A stretch of DNA of 64,000 bases from a virus (IMGVR_UViG_3300010346_000241:32001-96000); one strand, 5' to 3'; positions 9,698-20,064 are shown, counted from the stretch's first letter. Made by a program: numbers and translations. Notes: a model not told the origin generated them from the sequence alone.

Positions 9698-10675
9698 ATG
9701 GGCATATTTAGTTCATATAGACATCCGTTAAATGAAGCGGAAGTAGATGACGGTACTAATAAGCCACAAGCTAATCAGGACGATGAAGACTATACAGCTG
9801 GTGCAGATACTGCGGCAGATGATGAGTATAATGATCCTGCACCCGACGATGCTGGTGAAGACAACGATGTTGACTACACCGACGGAGCTGAAGAAGCAGG
9901 AGATGATGAATCCAATGATGACGACCAAGCAACTGAAGAAGGCCAGGATAACCAGGACGATTCAGAAGGTGATGACGTTGATTACACTGATGGGGCTGAC
10001 AATGCTGCTGATGACGAATCTAATGATACTGGTGACGATACTGGTACTGATGATGATGAAGGATCAGAAGGAGATGTCGACTATACTGATGGGGCTGATG
10101 GCGGCGACGATTCTGAATCAGATGATGCTGGTGAAGAAGGAGAAGAGTCTGAAGGTGATGAAGAGGAAACTGAGGACAACACTTATGAAGACCTTCGAAA
10201 GATAGAAGCAGAACTCTTCTCAAACCTTTCACCCGAACAAATTGATATCAAGAACAAGGAACTTAAGCAGCGCTTCATAGATATCTATGGAACGATCTCT
10301 TCAGTCATCCTTCGTATCAATGATATTCCTAAGACTGATACCAATGTAGACATACTCCACTTTGTTACTGACAAGCTGATGGAACTCAAGGATCTTGTAG
10401 ACTTCACTGTTCAGAAGTCATTCGATACTAAGACCTACATTGAGAACTCTATCAACTATCAGATCTGTCTCTCTACTCTTGATAGTATCTCAGACATCAT
10501 AGCATCTGCTCAACTGGCTGAGGATAATCCTACTCAAGAGGAAGAAGAGGACCAGGATGGTGTAATCGTAGGCGGTGCCGATGATTCCGACATAAATCCT
10601 GGTGATGAAGTAGTTGCTTATGGAGATAAGATGATAGAATCTGCCGATACAGGAAGGTTCAACTCTTTCTTCTAA
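9698..10675 (+). CDS. acidic prohead scaffold/core-like protein with DYT repeats
   Basis: Very D/E-rich N-terminal half with four DYT(D/A)GA(D/E) repeats and a helical C-terminus. Immediately upstream of the capsid gene. N-terminus MGIFS. Confidence 0.55.
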   Translation: MGIFSSYRHPLNEAEVDDGTNKPQANQDDEDYTAGADTAADDEYNDPAPDDAGEDNDVDYTDGAEEAGDDESNDDDQATEEGQDNQDDSEGDDVDYTDGADNAADDESNDTGDDTGTDDDEGSEGDVDYTDGADGGDDSESDDAGEEGEESEGDEEETEDNTYEDLRKIEAELFSNLSPEQIDIKNKELKQRFIDIYGTISSVILRINDIPKTDTNVDILHFVTDKLMELKDLVDFTVQKSFDTKTYIENSINYQICLSTLDSISDIIASAQLAEDNPTQEEEEDQDGVIVGGADDSDINPGDEVVAYGDKMIESADTGRFNSFF

Positions 10676-10707
10676 GACAAAGTTGCCCGAATCGTACGAT
10701 CGGACAC

Positions 10708-10719
10708 AACAATATATTA
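10708..10719 (+). promoter_or_regulatory. late promoter motif AACA-N6-TA (capsid gene)
   Basis: AACAATATATTA in the intergenic leader; matches the AR9 late consensus. Confidence 0.75.
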
Positions 10720-10813
10720 AATATAGCCCCTATCCGTATGGCGGTTCAGTGTGGCTATTAGTTTTCCAAGGTAAACTCTTACTATCATAAATCTAAAAAG
10801 GAGGAAATGAATT

Positions 10814-12808
10814 ATGCCTATCTCAGGTACAAGAGAAGTTAGGACTGCTGGTTCTAACTATTCTAAGGACGCTTTAGCACCTCTTGCAAAAGCATACCTT
10901 GATATAACCAACTCAATACTTCATGAGAACGGTCTCTCAGTATATGAAGACACAACAAAGGTTCACATGAATACAATCACAGACAGCACAATTAAGGACT
11001 TCTTTGTCGAGAACTGCTTCGACAGAAATGATCCTATGTTCCGCGACGATCCCGAAGCTCAGGAAGACCAGACTCTGATGATGGAGGAGATGTACATCAA
11101 TGACAAGGAAGCTATCCTCGAGCACTCAGCAGGCGGTCAGCACAACCCCGTAATCGGTATGACATTCCCTATCCATAAGAATATCATGCTGAACAATATC
11201 TTCGACAAGGGAGCAATCCCGAAGTTCGTTGCTACTTCACCTAAGTTCACAGTTTCTATGGAGACCAGATGGCTCATCGACCCTGTAACAGGTGAGAAGA
11301 TCGATATGTGGAAGGATCAGTGGAAGATGACTGATGCTATCCTCAAGGCTGCTCCTCTCAAGAGCATGTACATGGCTCTTCCTGAGGATGGTACAACAGA
11401 CGTACTTGCTACACTGTTCGGCGCTACAGATCCTGAGGATCACCTTTCAATCGAGTCATTCGTAAGCGGTATCGTTGGCAGCAGAGCTGTATTCCCTGGT
11501 CAGAGCATCCAGCTCGTAACCAGCACAACAATCGGCAGTGTTACTACATATCAGATCGAAGACTACACAAACGATACAGCTAACGCTGAGGTTATCGCTC
11601 AGGGTGTTAAACTTGCTGGTTCTACACTCGTTGGTACAGATGTTGTCGGTGCTATCTTCCCATTCGAGGGTAAGTTCGCTCCTGCATACGGCGAGTATGA
11701 CAGACAGATCGTAGAGAGCTTCTCAGTTCCTATGGTTACAGCTGTTGCTGCAGGTACACTTGCTGACACATGGAAGCTCACAGCTAACGGTGTTCAGTAT
11801 GATAACTGCACAAGCGAAGACAGCATTCCTGCTGCGGCAAGAACAAAGGGCTTCCTCTCAGGCTTCTCTAAGGATGATCGCTTCGGCCTTTCATCTTCAA
11901 ACGCTGCTGCAGGCGGTATCATTCTTACTTCAAGAATCGATACATCTTCTGCTAAGCTCAGAACTGCTTCAGTATCTTGGGATGTTCGTACAGACATCAT
12001 TGAGATTCCTAACGCTATCCCGATCAACGTTACAATCTCTCCTGAAGAGGTTAAGGATATCTCTGCTCTGTATCAGATCAACCAGCTGACAAAAGTTCTC
12101 TCACTTATCAAGACATCCCTCAACAACTACAAGGATGATCTTATCCGTAGAGCACTTGACGAAGACTTCGTTAAACTGCCGAACTCACAGAAGATCGGTC
12201 GTTACTTCGACTTTGCTCCTACAACTAACTACGCTCTCGATCCTCTCGAGTGGCGCTACAAGATGTTCATGGATGCTATGGATACTCATGTAACACAGCT
12301 TCTCCATGTTCTCAATGATCCTAACATGACAATCAACGTAATCGGCCGTGATGATCTCATCAGAAAGATTACTCCTACTGAGTACACATATCAGACACCT
12401 ACAAACATCGGCCCTGTTGAGCTCGACTTTGTAAAGACTGTTGTTACATCAGACAGAAGAACATACCAGTTCATCAGCTCTGATAAGCTCCGTGATACAA
12501 ACAACCTGATCGTACTTCTCTGCCCAAGAAACACAGATCGTTTCATCTACAGAATCTACGATTACCAGATGTATCTCAGCAACGAGATCAGAAACTACAA
12601 TAATCCTTCACTCCCTGCAGTACATGCATTCGAGCGTTGGAAGTTCGAGAAGTATCAGCCTGTACAGGGACGTATCGGCATACTCAATCCTACTGGCCTC
12701 CGCAACTATGGTCAGAACTACGCATTCAACAATGATCCTGTTGGACGTGGTGATGGTAAGGGCGTTGCTAGCGTTGGTAAGAATGACTTCGATATCGACG
12801 CTCGCTAA
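10814..12808 (+). CDS. major capsid protein (phiKZ/AR9-like)
   Basis: 664 aa with high-expression codon usage, its own promoter and terminator, and an acidic propeptide ending near ILE-HS. Sequence pattern recognised as jumbo-phage capsid type; head-module context. Confidence 0.75.
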   Translation: MPISGTREVRTAGSNYSKDALAPLAKAYLDITNSILHENGLSVYEDTTKVHMNTITDSTIKDFFVENCFDRNDPMFRDDPEAQEDQTLMMEEMYINDKEAILEHSAGGQHNPVIGMTFPIHKNIMLNNIFDKGAIPKFVATSPKFTVSMETRWLIDPVTGEKIDMWKDQWKMTDAILKAAPLKSMYMALPEDGTTDVLATLFGATDPEDHLSIESFVSGIVGSRAVFPGQSIQLVTSTTIGSVTTYQIEDYTNDTANAEVIAQGVKLAGSTLVGTDVVGAIFPFEGKFAPAYGEYDRQIVESFSVPMVTAVAAGTLADTWKLTANGVQYDNCTSEDSIPAAARTKGFLSGFSKDDRFGLSSSNAAAGGIILTSRIDTSSAKLRTASVSWDVRTDIIEIPNAIPINVTISPEEVKDISALYQINQLTKVLSLIKTSLNNYKDDLIRRALDEDFVKLPNSQKIGRYFDFAPTTNYALDPLEWRYKMFMDAMDTHVTQLLHVLNDPNMTINVIGRDDLIRKITPTEYTYQTPTNIGPVELDFVKTVVTSDRRTYQFISSDKLRDTNNLIVLLCPRNTDRFIYRIYDYQMYLSNEIRNYNNPSLPAVHAFERWKFEKYQPVQGRIGILNPTGLRNYGQNYAFNNDPVGRGDGKGVASVGKNDFDIDAR

Positions 12809-12837
12809 TAGTACGGCCAAGATCGAAAGAATAAAGA

Positions 12838-12870
12838 GCCTGGTACCTAAGGGTGCCAGGCCCTTCTTTT
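12838..12870 (+). terminator. terminator after capsid gene
   Basis: GCCTGGTACC-TAAG-GGTGCCAGGC followed by CCTTCTTTT. Confidence 0.7.
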
Positions 12871-12897
12871 ACAATCTTTAGAAAGGAGTAAGAGACA

Positions 12898-14106
12898 ATG
12901 ATCAAGTATGACTTTGGTGATCTCTTTGATGCTTGTGCTCTTGTGATCGCTAACCCTGAAAGAGCTTCTGCTTATCAGAGTCTCAGAAAAGAGCTCAACA
13001 AGTTCTTCAGAGACTCTAAGTGCACAGATATCATCTACACAAGAAACGACGGTCTGTTCTTCGGTATGTGTGTATATCCTGTAATCAACAAGCTTGATGT
13101 AAAGATGATTGTTCAAGATGATAGCAAATACCGTTTCAAGAACTATGTCATAGAGATTGACTCTAAGATATTCAATCCTATCATCGACATCACTCCTAGT
13201 GAGCTGCTTGCTATGCTGCTTCATGAAGTAGGTCATATCATCAACGATCCTAACCCTGTTGAACAGGTAAGAGATGCAATCAATGTTTCTCTTGCTAAAG
13301 AGAACACTACTCTCTCTATCATTGATACTGTACAGTATTATCAGATACTTGCATATGGTATCAAGAACACTGTAAGAAAGATGAACAGCATGTTCTTCAT
13401 CTATAGAGATGGAGAGGTTCTTGCAGATGAGTTCGTTATGATGTGCGGCTTCCAGGATGAGCTCAATAGCATCTTCAGAAAGCTGTGCAAGAACGGCATG
13501 AAGGTCAACGACGACGTTAATAAGCTCGCTGCTTTGACGTGGACACTGAATCTGTATAAAAACGTGGAATTGAGAAGGATACCTGCTCTCAAGTTACTCA
13601 GACGGGCGTCTTCAATATCCTCATCTGCACTCGACAAAAAAGAATACGAGATTGTCGCTAATGCTCTGAAGAGTATAGACACTTCTGCTATCAAGGAAGC
13701 TGCTAAGCCCTTCAAGGATTGTGACTTCTACTATATACTTGTACAAGAGGGAGCATCTCTTAAGAAGAAGGACACTAAGTTCGCTATTCTGAGGAAGATG
13801 GTTACCAGTAACAAGCTCAGAGAGTTCGAGAGTGATATCTATGAGTATACACTCAGATCTCGTCATGTTGCTACAGAAGAGGATGCACTCTATCTTATGC
13901 GTCAGATCAATCTCAGAATTACTGCTATCGAGGATGCACTTAATAAGGAGCGCTTCGATGAGTATGAGAGAGATCGTTGGTTCGCACTGCATGATAAGTA
14001 CTGCTCACTCAGAGCAGAGATGGCTGCGAATACTAAGTACAGATACGACTACAGCGGTAGTGTAATCACTGTTCAGTATCCCGAGATAGTTGAGAATCGT
14101 TACTAA
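12898..14106 (+). CDS. zincin-like metallopeptidase, putative head-associated
   Basis: LLHEVGHII (HExxH) with downstream EVLADEF; directly after the capsid gene. Confidence 0.6.
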   Translation: MIKYDFGDLFDACALVIANPERASAYQSLRKELNKFFRDSKCTDIIYTRNDGLFFGMCVYPVINKLDVKMIVQDDSKYRFKNYVIEIDSKIFNPIIDITPSELLAMLLHEVGHIINDPNPVEQVRDAINVSLAKENTTLSIIDTVQYYQILAYGIKNTVRKMNSMFFIYRDGEVLADEFVMMCGFQDELNSIFRKLCKNGMKVNDDVNKLAALTWTLNLYKNVELRRIPALKLLRRASSISSSALDKKEYEIVANALKSIDTSAIKEAAKPFKDCDFYYILVQEGASLKKKDTKFAILRKMVTSNKLREFESDIYEYTLRSRHVATEEDALYLMRQINLRITAIEDALNKERFDEYERDRWFALHDKYCSLRAEMAANTKYRYDYSGSVITVQYPEIVENRY

Positions 14107-14117
14107 AAATAAACAAG

Positions 14118-14140
14118 GAGGGTAGGCAATGCCTACCCTC
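14118..14140. terminator. hairpin between convergent genes, identical to 22298-22320
   Basis: GAGGGTAGGC-AAT-GCCTACCCTC. Confidence 0.7.
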
Positions 14141-14618
14141 TTCTTCTATTCATGTCGTTATCTGTAGCATAGTAGATAGCATCAATGATATCATCTATAA
14201 CAGCCTGCTCGTCGATGTTTCTGAAATGAAGAACGAACATTCTTCTACCATCCTTTCTTTTCCTTACCTTGATACAGCTATCAATGTCATTCTTTAGATA
14301 GTGGCGAATGTCCTCTATAGCCTTTCTGATAGGGGTAATGAACTTAAGTTCGTAGAGTACAGTAAGATCAGCATTGATCTCTCTACCGAGTAGCGGTGAC
14401 ATAGACTTGTTCACCTTGAGATCAAGTAACTGATTATCTACCATATCCTTATTGATAGCAGACATAGTAATCTTCATCGGTATCCTAAGAAGTTCATAGT
14501 ATCTATTGAGAAGGTTTATCGACTCTTGCTCTACTGAGATAATCTCACTTCTCTTATCGAGATAGTCATAGTATGCTTCCTTCTGTTTGAATGTATACAT
14601 ACGAATGTTGTCTGACAT
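14133..14618 (-). CDS. hypothetical protein
   Basis: 161-aa ORF with AGGAG RBS. Confidence 0.6.
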   Translation of the reverse strand: MSDNIRMYTFKQKEAYYDYLDKRSEIISVEQESINLLNRYYELLRIPMKITMSAINKDMVDNQLLDLKVNKSMSPLLGREINADLTVLYELKFITPIRKAIEDIRHYLKNDIDSCIKVRKRKDGRRMFVLHFRNIDEQAVIDDIIDAIYYATDNDMNRRRG

Positions 14619-14629
14619 AATATCATCTC

Positions 14630-15340
14630 CTATATAATATCCTTTGTCTTTCCTGCGAAAGTTCTACCCTTCCTTACCACATTCTTCTGTTGTTTGAGTT
14701 CCTGTATTCTATCCATTGGTGCAGATGTAGCTCCCTCCAATGGTCCTATAGCAGCAAGCATAGAGTTTGCATACATAGCGCCATTGAATGAGTTCATCAT
14801 ATTGGCTAAGTATATAAACTCTAAGTCTGTTATATCACTCATACATTCTGTATTGCCTACTATCAAAGTTGCTCCAGCCTGTTGATATCCTGTATGGTTT
14901 ATGATAGTAGGAAGTATCTTAAAGATCTTGTTCTTTGGATATCTGTCCGAAACAACAGGAAGAGTGCTGTTCATTCTCATGCAATCGTTCTCTACAACGA
15001 ATACATTTTGTCCTTGCGCAAACAGACAATTAGATGCTATCTTCAGTGAGTTAACGAACTGATAGTGTCTGTCATTAGGAATGAATATGGAGTCATCCAT
15101 ATTCGCTCTATAGTTCTTAAGCTCTAATGTCATAAAGTAATCTATCTTACGCTTAACAAGTACGTTAGCGTTACTAGGTCTTGTTTTGGTTCTATATTCT
15201 CCCCAATAGTGAATTGTACGTTCTTCATACATCTCAGTCTCTGGGAGAACCCAACTTAAGTTGAGATTGAAGTTAAGTTTGATAGGACCAGACTCAAAGA
15301 TAGTATCGACCATACGATACATCTGGTTGTTATTGGTCAT
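14630..15340 (-). CDS. hypothetical protein
   Basis: 236-aa ORF with GGGGGTG RBS; TACA-N6-TA motif upstream (15355-15366). Confidence 0.6.
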   Translation of the reverse strand: MTNNNQMYRMVDTIFESGPIKLNFNLNLSWVLPETEMYEERTIHYWGEYRTKTRPSNANVLVKRKIDYFMTLELKNYRANMDDSIFIPNDRHYQFVNSLKIASNCLFAQGQNVFVVENDCMRMNSTLPVVSDRYPKNKIFKILPTIINHTGYQQAGATLIVGNTECMSDITDLEFIYLANMMNSFNGAMYANSMLAAIGPLEGATSAPMDRIQELKQQKNVVRKGRTFAGKTKDII

Positions 15341-15381
15341 TCTAACACCCCCTGTATTATGATGTATGACCTAGAGTAAAA

Positions 15382-15410
15382 AGAAAGGGAGTCGCCAGGA
15401 CTCCCTTTCT
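15382..15410 (-). terminator. intrinsic terminator
   Basis: AGAAAGGGAGTC-GCCAG-GACTCCCTTTCT with an A-run on its left. Confidence 0.7.
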
Positions 15411-15425
15411 ATTGGTTCGATAAGC

Positions 15426-16298
15426 TTAGTCGGTTATAGTCGTAATCACGAATTCAGTGTATTCTGGTTCCGAAGCACGATTGCATATTACTCTATCTTT
15501 CGGAGCTCCAGGAGTATGCAGGGCATTATTAGTAACCACATTTGCTATATCACACATATAGTCTCTTATTATATCGAGGTTATGTGATGACTGTATTCTG
15601 AATGTTTCTTTTCCACCACATACGTGTGACACAGCTATTTCCATCAGTAATACTGATGATAGTACTGACATAATGTGAATACGCTTATCTAAAAGAAGAT
15701 CGAACTTGTATGGGTCGAACTTCAAAGTATAAAAGTTGTTGTTTACGCTATCGATTATATCCGCAGTTTCCTTGGTTTGGAAAGCGTAAGAGAGCTTAAA
15801 CACGTACACTAATCTTTGTTCGTATACGGTATCCATATGGCCATATCCGAACAAGGTCATATATTCGTCAAGAGTTCTTTTGAACTCTTCGTTAAAGTTC
15901 TCTGCTTTGCTGAAGTCTATCATGAAGACATCTGGTACACTGCAAGCACTGCAAGGATCATCAGGTCTCAGTATATTACAAAGGTTTCCTTTATCATCGT
16001 ACTCCATTATCGTGTGCCAACCAAATGGATGAATATTGTAGATTGATACTCTTGCGAGTACAGTAATCAAAGTCACCACGTCGATGATGCTATCGTTTGC
16101 ATCGAGACAGAAGCCAGATACTATAAAACCATCGAGATATTCTTCAGCCATCTGGTCAAATACCTGTTCAATCTCTCCGTTTTCGTATTCTTTGTTGAGT
16201 CTGTCATCATCTGCCGCAAAGATGCTAAGCAGATCGTCTCTTAAGAACTTCCAGTCCTTAGTAGCTCCGAGGTCGACTTTGTTTAAGATTGAGTTCAT
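15426..16298 (-). CDS. hypothetical protein
   Basis: ATG 16298 follows TAAGGAGG; about 290 aa. Confidence 0.65.
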   Translation of the reverse strand: MNSILNKVDLGATKDWKFLRDDLLSIFAADDDRLNKEYENGEIEQVFDQMAEEYLDGFIVSGFCLDANDSIIDVVTLITVLARVSIYNIHPFGWHTIMEYDDKGNLCNILRPDDPCSACSVPDVFMIDFSKAENFNEEFKRTLDEYMTLFGYGHMDTVYEQRLVYVFKLSYAFQTKETADIIDSVNNNFYTLKFDPYKFDLLLDKRIHIMSVLSSVLLMEIAVSHVCGGKETFRIQSSHNLDIIRDYMCDIANVVTNNALHTPGAPKDRVICNRASEPEYTEFVITTITD

Positions 16299-16311
16299 AA
16301 AAATTTCCTCC

Positions 16312-16624
16312 TTAAATTGATGCCATTCCATATGTTACATTGTGGAACAGCTTTTCTTCTGCTCTCTTCTCTGCTAACCACTGCAGAGTTTCATATGAGA
16401 GCTTTCTTTCGAACAACACTTCTTCAGTGCCGTCCTTTACAACGACTGCTTTTATAACATGGTCGATCGACCTTGTTAACATAATGGGTCCAAAGAGTAC
16501 TTCCGTCTATAATTATATCGAAGATAGCTGGATAGAGAAGATAGTTACCTCTAGCAGCTTTCTTTCCATTTATGTAGATGTCGACATAGTCGCACTCTTT
16601 AACTATCGGCGTAACAATCTGCAT
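16312..16624 (-). pseudogene. small gene apparently broken by a frameshift near 16500
   Basis: Frame 1 reads MQIVTP...IIIDG; a shifted frame continues VLFGPIMLTRS...YGMASI to a TAA overlapping the next gene's RBS. Span is 313 nt (3n+1). Confidence 0.55.
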
Positions 16625-16629
16625 TTTAA

Positions 16630-17040
16630 TCACTCCCATAAAGGTACAAAAAGAGGTTTAACGTTAAGTTCTTCAAACATCTCTTCTAACGCCTCGTTCA
16701 TCTCGCAGGTATCAGAATAGTCGTTTTCGTCATTATCCTGATCGCCGCAGTCGTAGTAAGCGCCTGGGTACCAGATTTCGACATCGACTCTCTTCTTTCC
16801 AGTCTCAGTCTCCTCTACAGAGACTTTAACTACAGTATTCTCTTCACCAAGGTCTTCTGGGTTGTAGTCAGCACTCCAGACAAGTTTTGTATCATTAGTA
16901 TTTATCAATGTCATAACGTTGTCTAGGAGAAACTGCTTAATATTTTCACACACACCTTTTGGACCTTTTAAGAGATCTCTGTATCTCTTGCCTTCACTAA
17001 ATCCTTTAGTTGTAATATCGAGTAGTATCTTGCTCATCAT
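16630..17040 (-). CDS. hypothetical acidic protein
   Basis: 136-aa ORF with AAAGGAG RBS, translationally coupled (ATGA overlap). Confidence 0.6.
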   Translation of the reverse strand: MMSKILLDITTKGFSEGKRYRDLLKGPKGVCENIKQFLLDNVMTLINTNDTKLVWSADYNPEDLGEENTVVKVSVEETETGKKRVDVEIWYPGAYYDCGDQDNDENDYSDTCEMNEALEEMFEELNVKPLFVPLWE

Positions 17041-17483
17041 GTTTCTCCTTTCACATCAATTGCTATACCTACAAACGGATCATAGGGTATAGTAGCTTTT
17101 CCTCCACCAACAACAAAGTCGAGATCTTCTCCTTCTGGAGTGACTCTGATATAATAGTCATGACCATTTCCAGCGTTTCTTGCTTCTGAGTTGATATAGA
17201 AGAGGATGAGATCCGCATAACCTGTGTAGATGATATCGTTGTCTTTACACAAGGTTAAGTTCTTTCTGGTTTTGAGAGCTTGTGGAGTCGGAGTTACTCT
17301 TACGAGATGATCGCCGTTGGTTTTCTGAAGGATCTCGTCGTAAGCTTCAATGAAGTCCTTTCTGCTTATGTCTCTGATAAAAACGTCTCTGAAGAATAAG
17401 AATCCGAGCTCGTCTTCAGCGTACTTGTGACATTCGTTTATAATGTAGTTTACGAAGTCTTTCTTGTTATCTACTATAGTCAT
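17037..17483 (-). CDS. hypothetical protein
   Basis: 148-aa ORF with GAAAGGA RBS. Confidence 0.6.
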   Translation of the reverse strand: MTIVDNKKDFVNYIINECHKYAEDELGFLFFRDVFIRDISRKDFIEAYDEILQKTNGDHLVRVTPTPQALKTRKNLTLCKDNDIIYTGYADLILFYINSEARNAGNGHDYYIRVTPEGEDLDFVVGGGKATIPYDPFVGIAIDVKGET

Positions 17484-17510
17484 AGTATCATTCCTTTCTC
17501 TTCACTGATC

Positions 17511-18377
17511 TTAAACTGCCTGCTGCTGAGGCTGTACTGTCTGGATACTGCTCTGCATGATTGCAGGAATGCCATTGAGCTCATTGACGAAGTTGTCTTC
17601 AAAGAACTCAAGATTACATATGAATGGTGTTTTAACTATTTCGCTTGTGCCGAGCTTCGTCACCATATCATCATGAGACGAGAAGCTATATACTTCATAA
17701 AGATCTGTCATTACAGAGAATATAGATGGACTCATACAGTCATTCACTTCTCCAGTTATATACTTTTTCATCAGCGAATAGTCATGAGTAGATGTACATA
17801 ACCAGAAAGCTGTGTTCTTCTTTATGTTCTGCTCTAAATGATTCCACCAATCAGCGATTGTGCATGGGAATGGTATCGGCGATGGTATCGACTTTACTGC
17901 TTCATAAAATGCTTTGAACTCTTCCCACATCTGTTCAGGTGAAGGGAAGTTCTTAGGAACCACATACTTATCATAGACAAGCTTTTCAAAACTCTTCAGA
18001 ACCTGATGAGTCTTGATCTGATCGTACAGCATCATTGCGATACTTGTGTTTGTCTTTGCGATCTGAGCGTCCACCGCATCCTGTCTCTGCTGAGGCGTTA
18101 AGCTCGGATCCTTGATCAAATCAAGAGTTGTCTTGTATGTTGTACTGAACTCCTTTTCTCTCTTGAAAACGGATCCAGTATAGAACAGTATCTCCACAGG
18201 ATAACCGATGTGGGTTATCTGAAATGAGATCCTCATGTTTGGAACATCGAATCCAGTACATACTACACTGTATCCCTGGATTCCTGTTGTTGCCATTGCG
18301 TTGGTTACGTTGAACGTAATGTTCTGTATAACCTTAGTGTCATCAACTTTGTTTGTGTTTGCATCATAATAGATCAT
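17511..18377 (-). CDS. hypothetical protein, first gene of a putative early operon
   Basis: 288 aa, AAAGGAGG RBS, early-type motif at 18440-18454. Confidence 0.65.
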   Translation of the reverse strand: MIYYDANTNKVDDTKVIQNITFNVTNAMATTGIQGYSVVCTGFDVPNMRISFQITHIGYPVEILFYTGSVFKREKEFSTTYKTTLDLIKDPSLTPQQRQDAVDAQIAKTNTSIAMMLYDQIKTHQVLKSFEKLVYDKYVVPKNFPSPEQMWEEFKAFYEAVKSIPSPIPFPCTIADWWNHLEQNIKKNTAFWLCTSTHDYSLMKKYITGEVNDCMSPSIFSVMTDLYEVYSFSSHDDMVTKLGTSEIVKTPFICNLEFFEDNFVNELNGIPAIMQSSIQTVQPQQQAV

Positions 18378-18439
18378 AATGTGATCCTCCTTTAAAAATT
18401 TTTATTACGAGAGCTGATCAGCTTGCTCTCTTACACCTA

Positions 18440-18454
18440 TATAATATACATTCA
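18440..18454 (-). promoter_or_regulatory. early-type promoter motif TGAATGTATATTATA
   Basis: Related motifs occur at 22268-22282(-), 25125-25140(-), 48069-48083(+) and 62695-62711(-), always intergenic and upstream of non-structural genes. Confidence 0.6.
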
Positions 18455-18489
18455 TCTGCTTGTTTAGGCAATGGAAAACAGCCTTGGGA

Positions 18490-20016
18490 TTACCCAAGGC
18501 TTTTGTATCCCATGATGAATGGATTGATGCCTTTAGCTCTCTCTTCCAAGATAGCCTTAGACACTTTATCAAGTTGTCTGTCATTGAACTTCATTGTCTT
18601 GATATCCATAGCATACTCTTCATACATTATCAGATTAGTCTCATAGTAGTTCCTGATCGTATGTACCGAGTCATCTATGACATCTATAAAGTAGCTTCCC
18701 CTTATACGAGTTCTTCCAAGTCTTTGTCTACACTTTGGTCTACTCTTCATAGGTTCAGCCAACTGAACTGAACAAAAGACATCTGACACATCTAATGCCT
18801 CTCCTGCGGATATAGATGTAGTCAGTATGATCTTGTGATTCAGTGCACTTCTCTTATTCTTGTTCAGAGATGTGTATATACCTACACTATACGTATACTC
18901 TGGATAGTTTTCGAGTATCCAGTCATACACTGACTGTATAGCTTCGTTACTTGCCATGAAGATAAGTATCCTTCCACTCATCTTGCTAATAAGATCCATC
19001 ACAACATGGCATATCTTTTGAAAGTTAGGATACTTAGTTATCATGGATGCATAGTTCATTCTATTGAAACCATAGAAGTTTCCACAATTACTGATGTCTT
19101 GTGGAGACATCCTACTATTGTAACGAATAGATATGTAATGTGTTCTCGGATCCTTATCTGGATCGAAGAGATTGATAGTGGGAACGTTCTTGAAATATAG
19201 CTGAAAGATCTTGTTATCTCCTTCGTCCCCTCGTTCTGGAGTTGCTGTCATATAGATTGTCTTGTATGTATTGCTGAAGTAGTCTATATGACTCATAGCA
19301 CCAAAGTATAAATGAGCCTCATCGAAGATTTTGACTCCTATACCCAGGTACTTAAACAGTTCTCCGACTGCTTCCCATCCTTGTCTACTAGCTAAAGAAG
19401 ACAAGGTAGAATGTGTTACTAGATAGACTTTTATCTTGTCTAAAGCATCTTGTTTTTTCTTATACAGACTAGCTATGGATGGAGAACCAGAGATATAGTA
19501 GATCTCCTTTGAATCAATATTACAATGCTCTAAGATTCTATTCTTCCACTGCTTCAACCAGTCTATAGAAGAAGCTATAACTATTCCCTTGATGTTCATG
19601 AATGCCATATACGCTATACCAAGATATGTTTTACCTGCACCAGTGTTAAGTGCAAGCAACATCTGCGAGGCATTCTTGGTGTACGAATATTCATCCATAC
19701 CTAAGAGAAACCTGATACTCTCTTTTTGTACGTCATCTTTGGGTCCATACTTTAAAAGTGTTTGAGTAAGGTTCACACGATACCCATCACACGTAGTCTG
19801 GTAATGGGCCTTAACCTCAAACGTGTTCTCTAAAGTCCTTATGCTTATACCTCTCGGGAGATAGAGTTTCCGTGCATGCTCGTCATATATGATGTGTTCA
19901 AACGTTACTGTTCTCGTAGCTTTGTTCCATACACGGAATTTATTCTCTATCTTAGGTGCATCTCCCCATGTATAGTCGTTGATTACTATACAGGTAGGTC
20001 GTACTTCAATCTTCAT
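18490..20016 (-). CDS. superfamily 2 DNA/RNA helicase
   Basis: Walker A LNTGAGKT, DEAH, motif III MTATP and motif VI QRLGRT. Follows the RNAP beta-prime gene as in phiKZ gp74-gp75. Confidence 0.88.
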   Translation of the reverse strand: MKIEVRPTCIVINDYTWGDAPKIENKFRVWNKATRTVTFEHIIYDEHARKLYLPRGISIRTLENTFEVKAHYQTTCDGYRVNLTQTLLKYGPKDDVQKESIRFLLGMDEYSYTKNASQMLLALNTGAGKTYLGIAYMAFMNIKGIVIASSIDWLKQWKNRILEHCNIDSKEIYYISGSPSIASLYKKKQDALDKIKVYLVTHSTLSSLASRQGWEAVGELFKYLGIGVKIFDEAHLYFGAMSHIDYFSNTYKTIYMTATPERGDEGDNKIFQLYFKNVPTINLFDPDKDPRTHYISIRYNSRMSPQDISNCGNFYGFNRMNYASMITKYPNFQKICHVVMDLISKMSGRILIFMASNEAIQSVYDWILENYPEYTYSVGIYTSLNKNKRSALNHKIILTTSISAGEALDVSDVFCSVQLAEPMKSRPKCRQRLGRTRIRGSYFIDVIDDSVHTIRNYYETNLIMYEEYAMDIKTMKFNDRQLDKVSKAILEERAKGINPFIMGYKSLG

Positions 20017-20036
20017 TGGTCGTCCTCCCTAAAAAG

Positions 20037-20062
20037 AATGGGGAGGAAAAGTCCTCCCCATT
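20037..20062 (-). terminator. hairpin/terminator after RNAP gene
   Basis: AATGGGGAGGA-AAAG-TCCTCCCCATT with an adjacent A-run. Confidence 0.6.
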
Positions 20063-20064
20063 TG

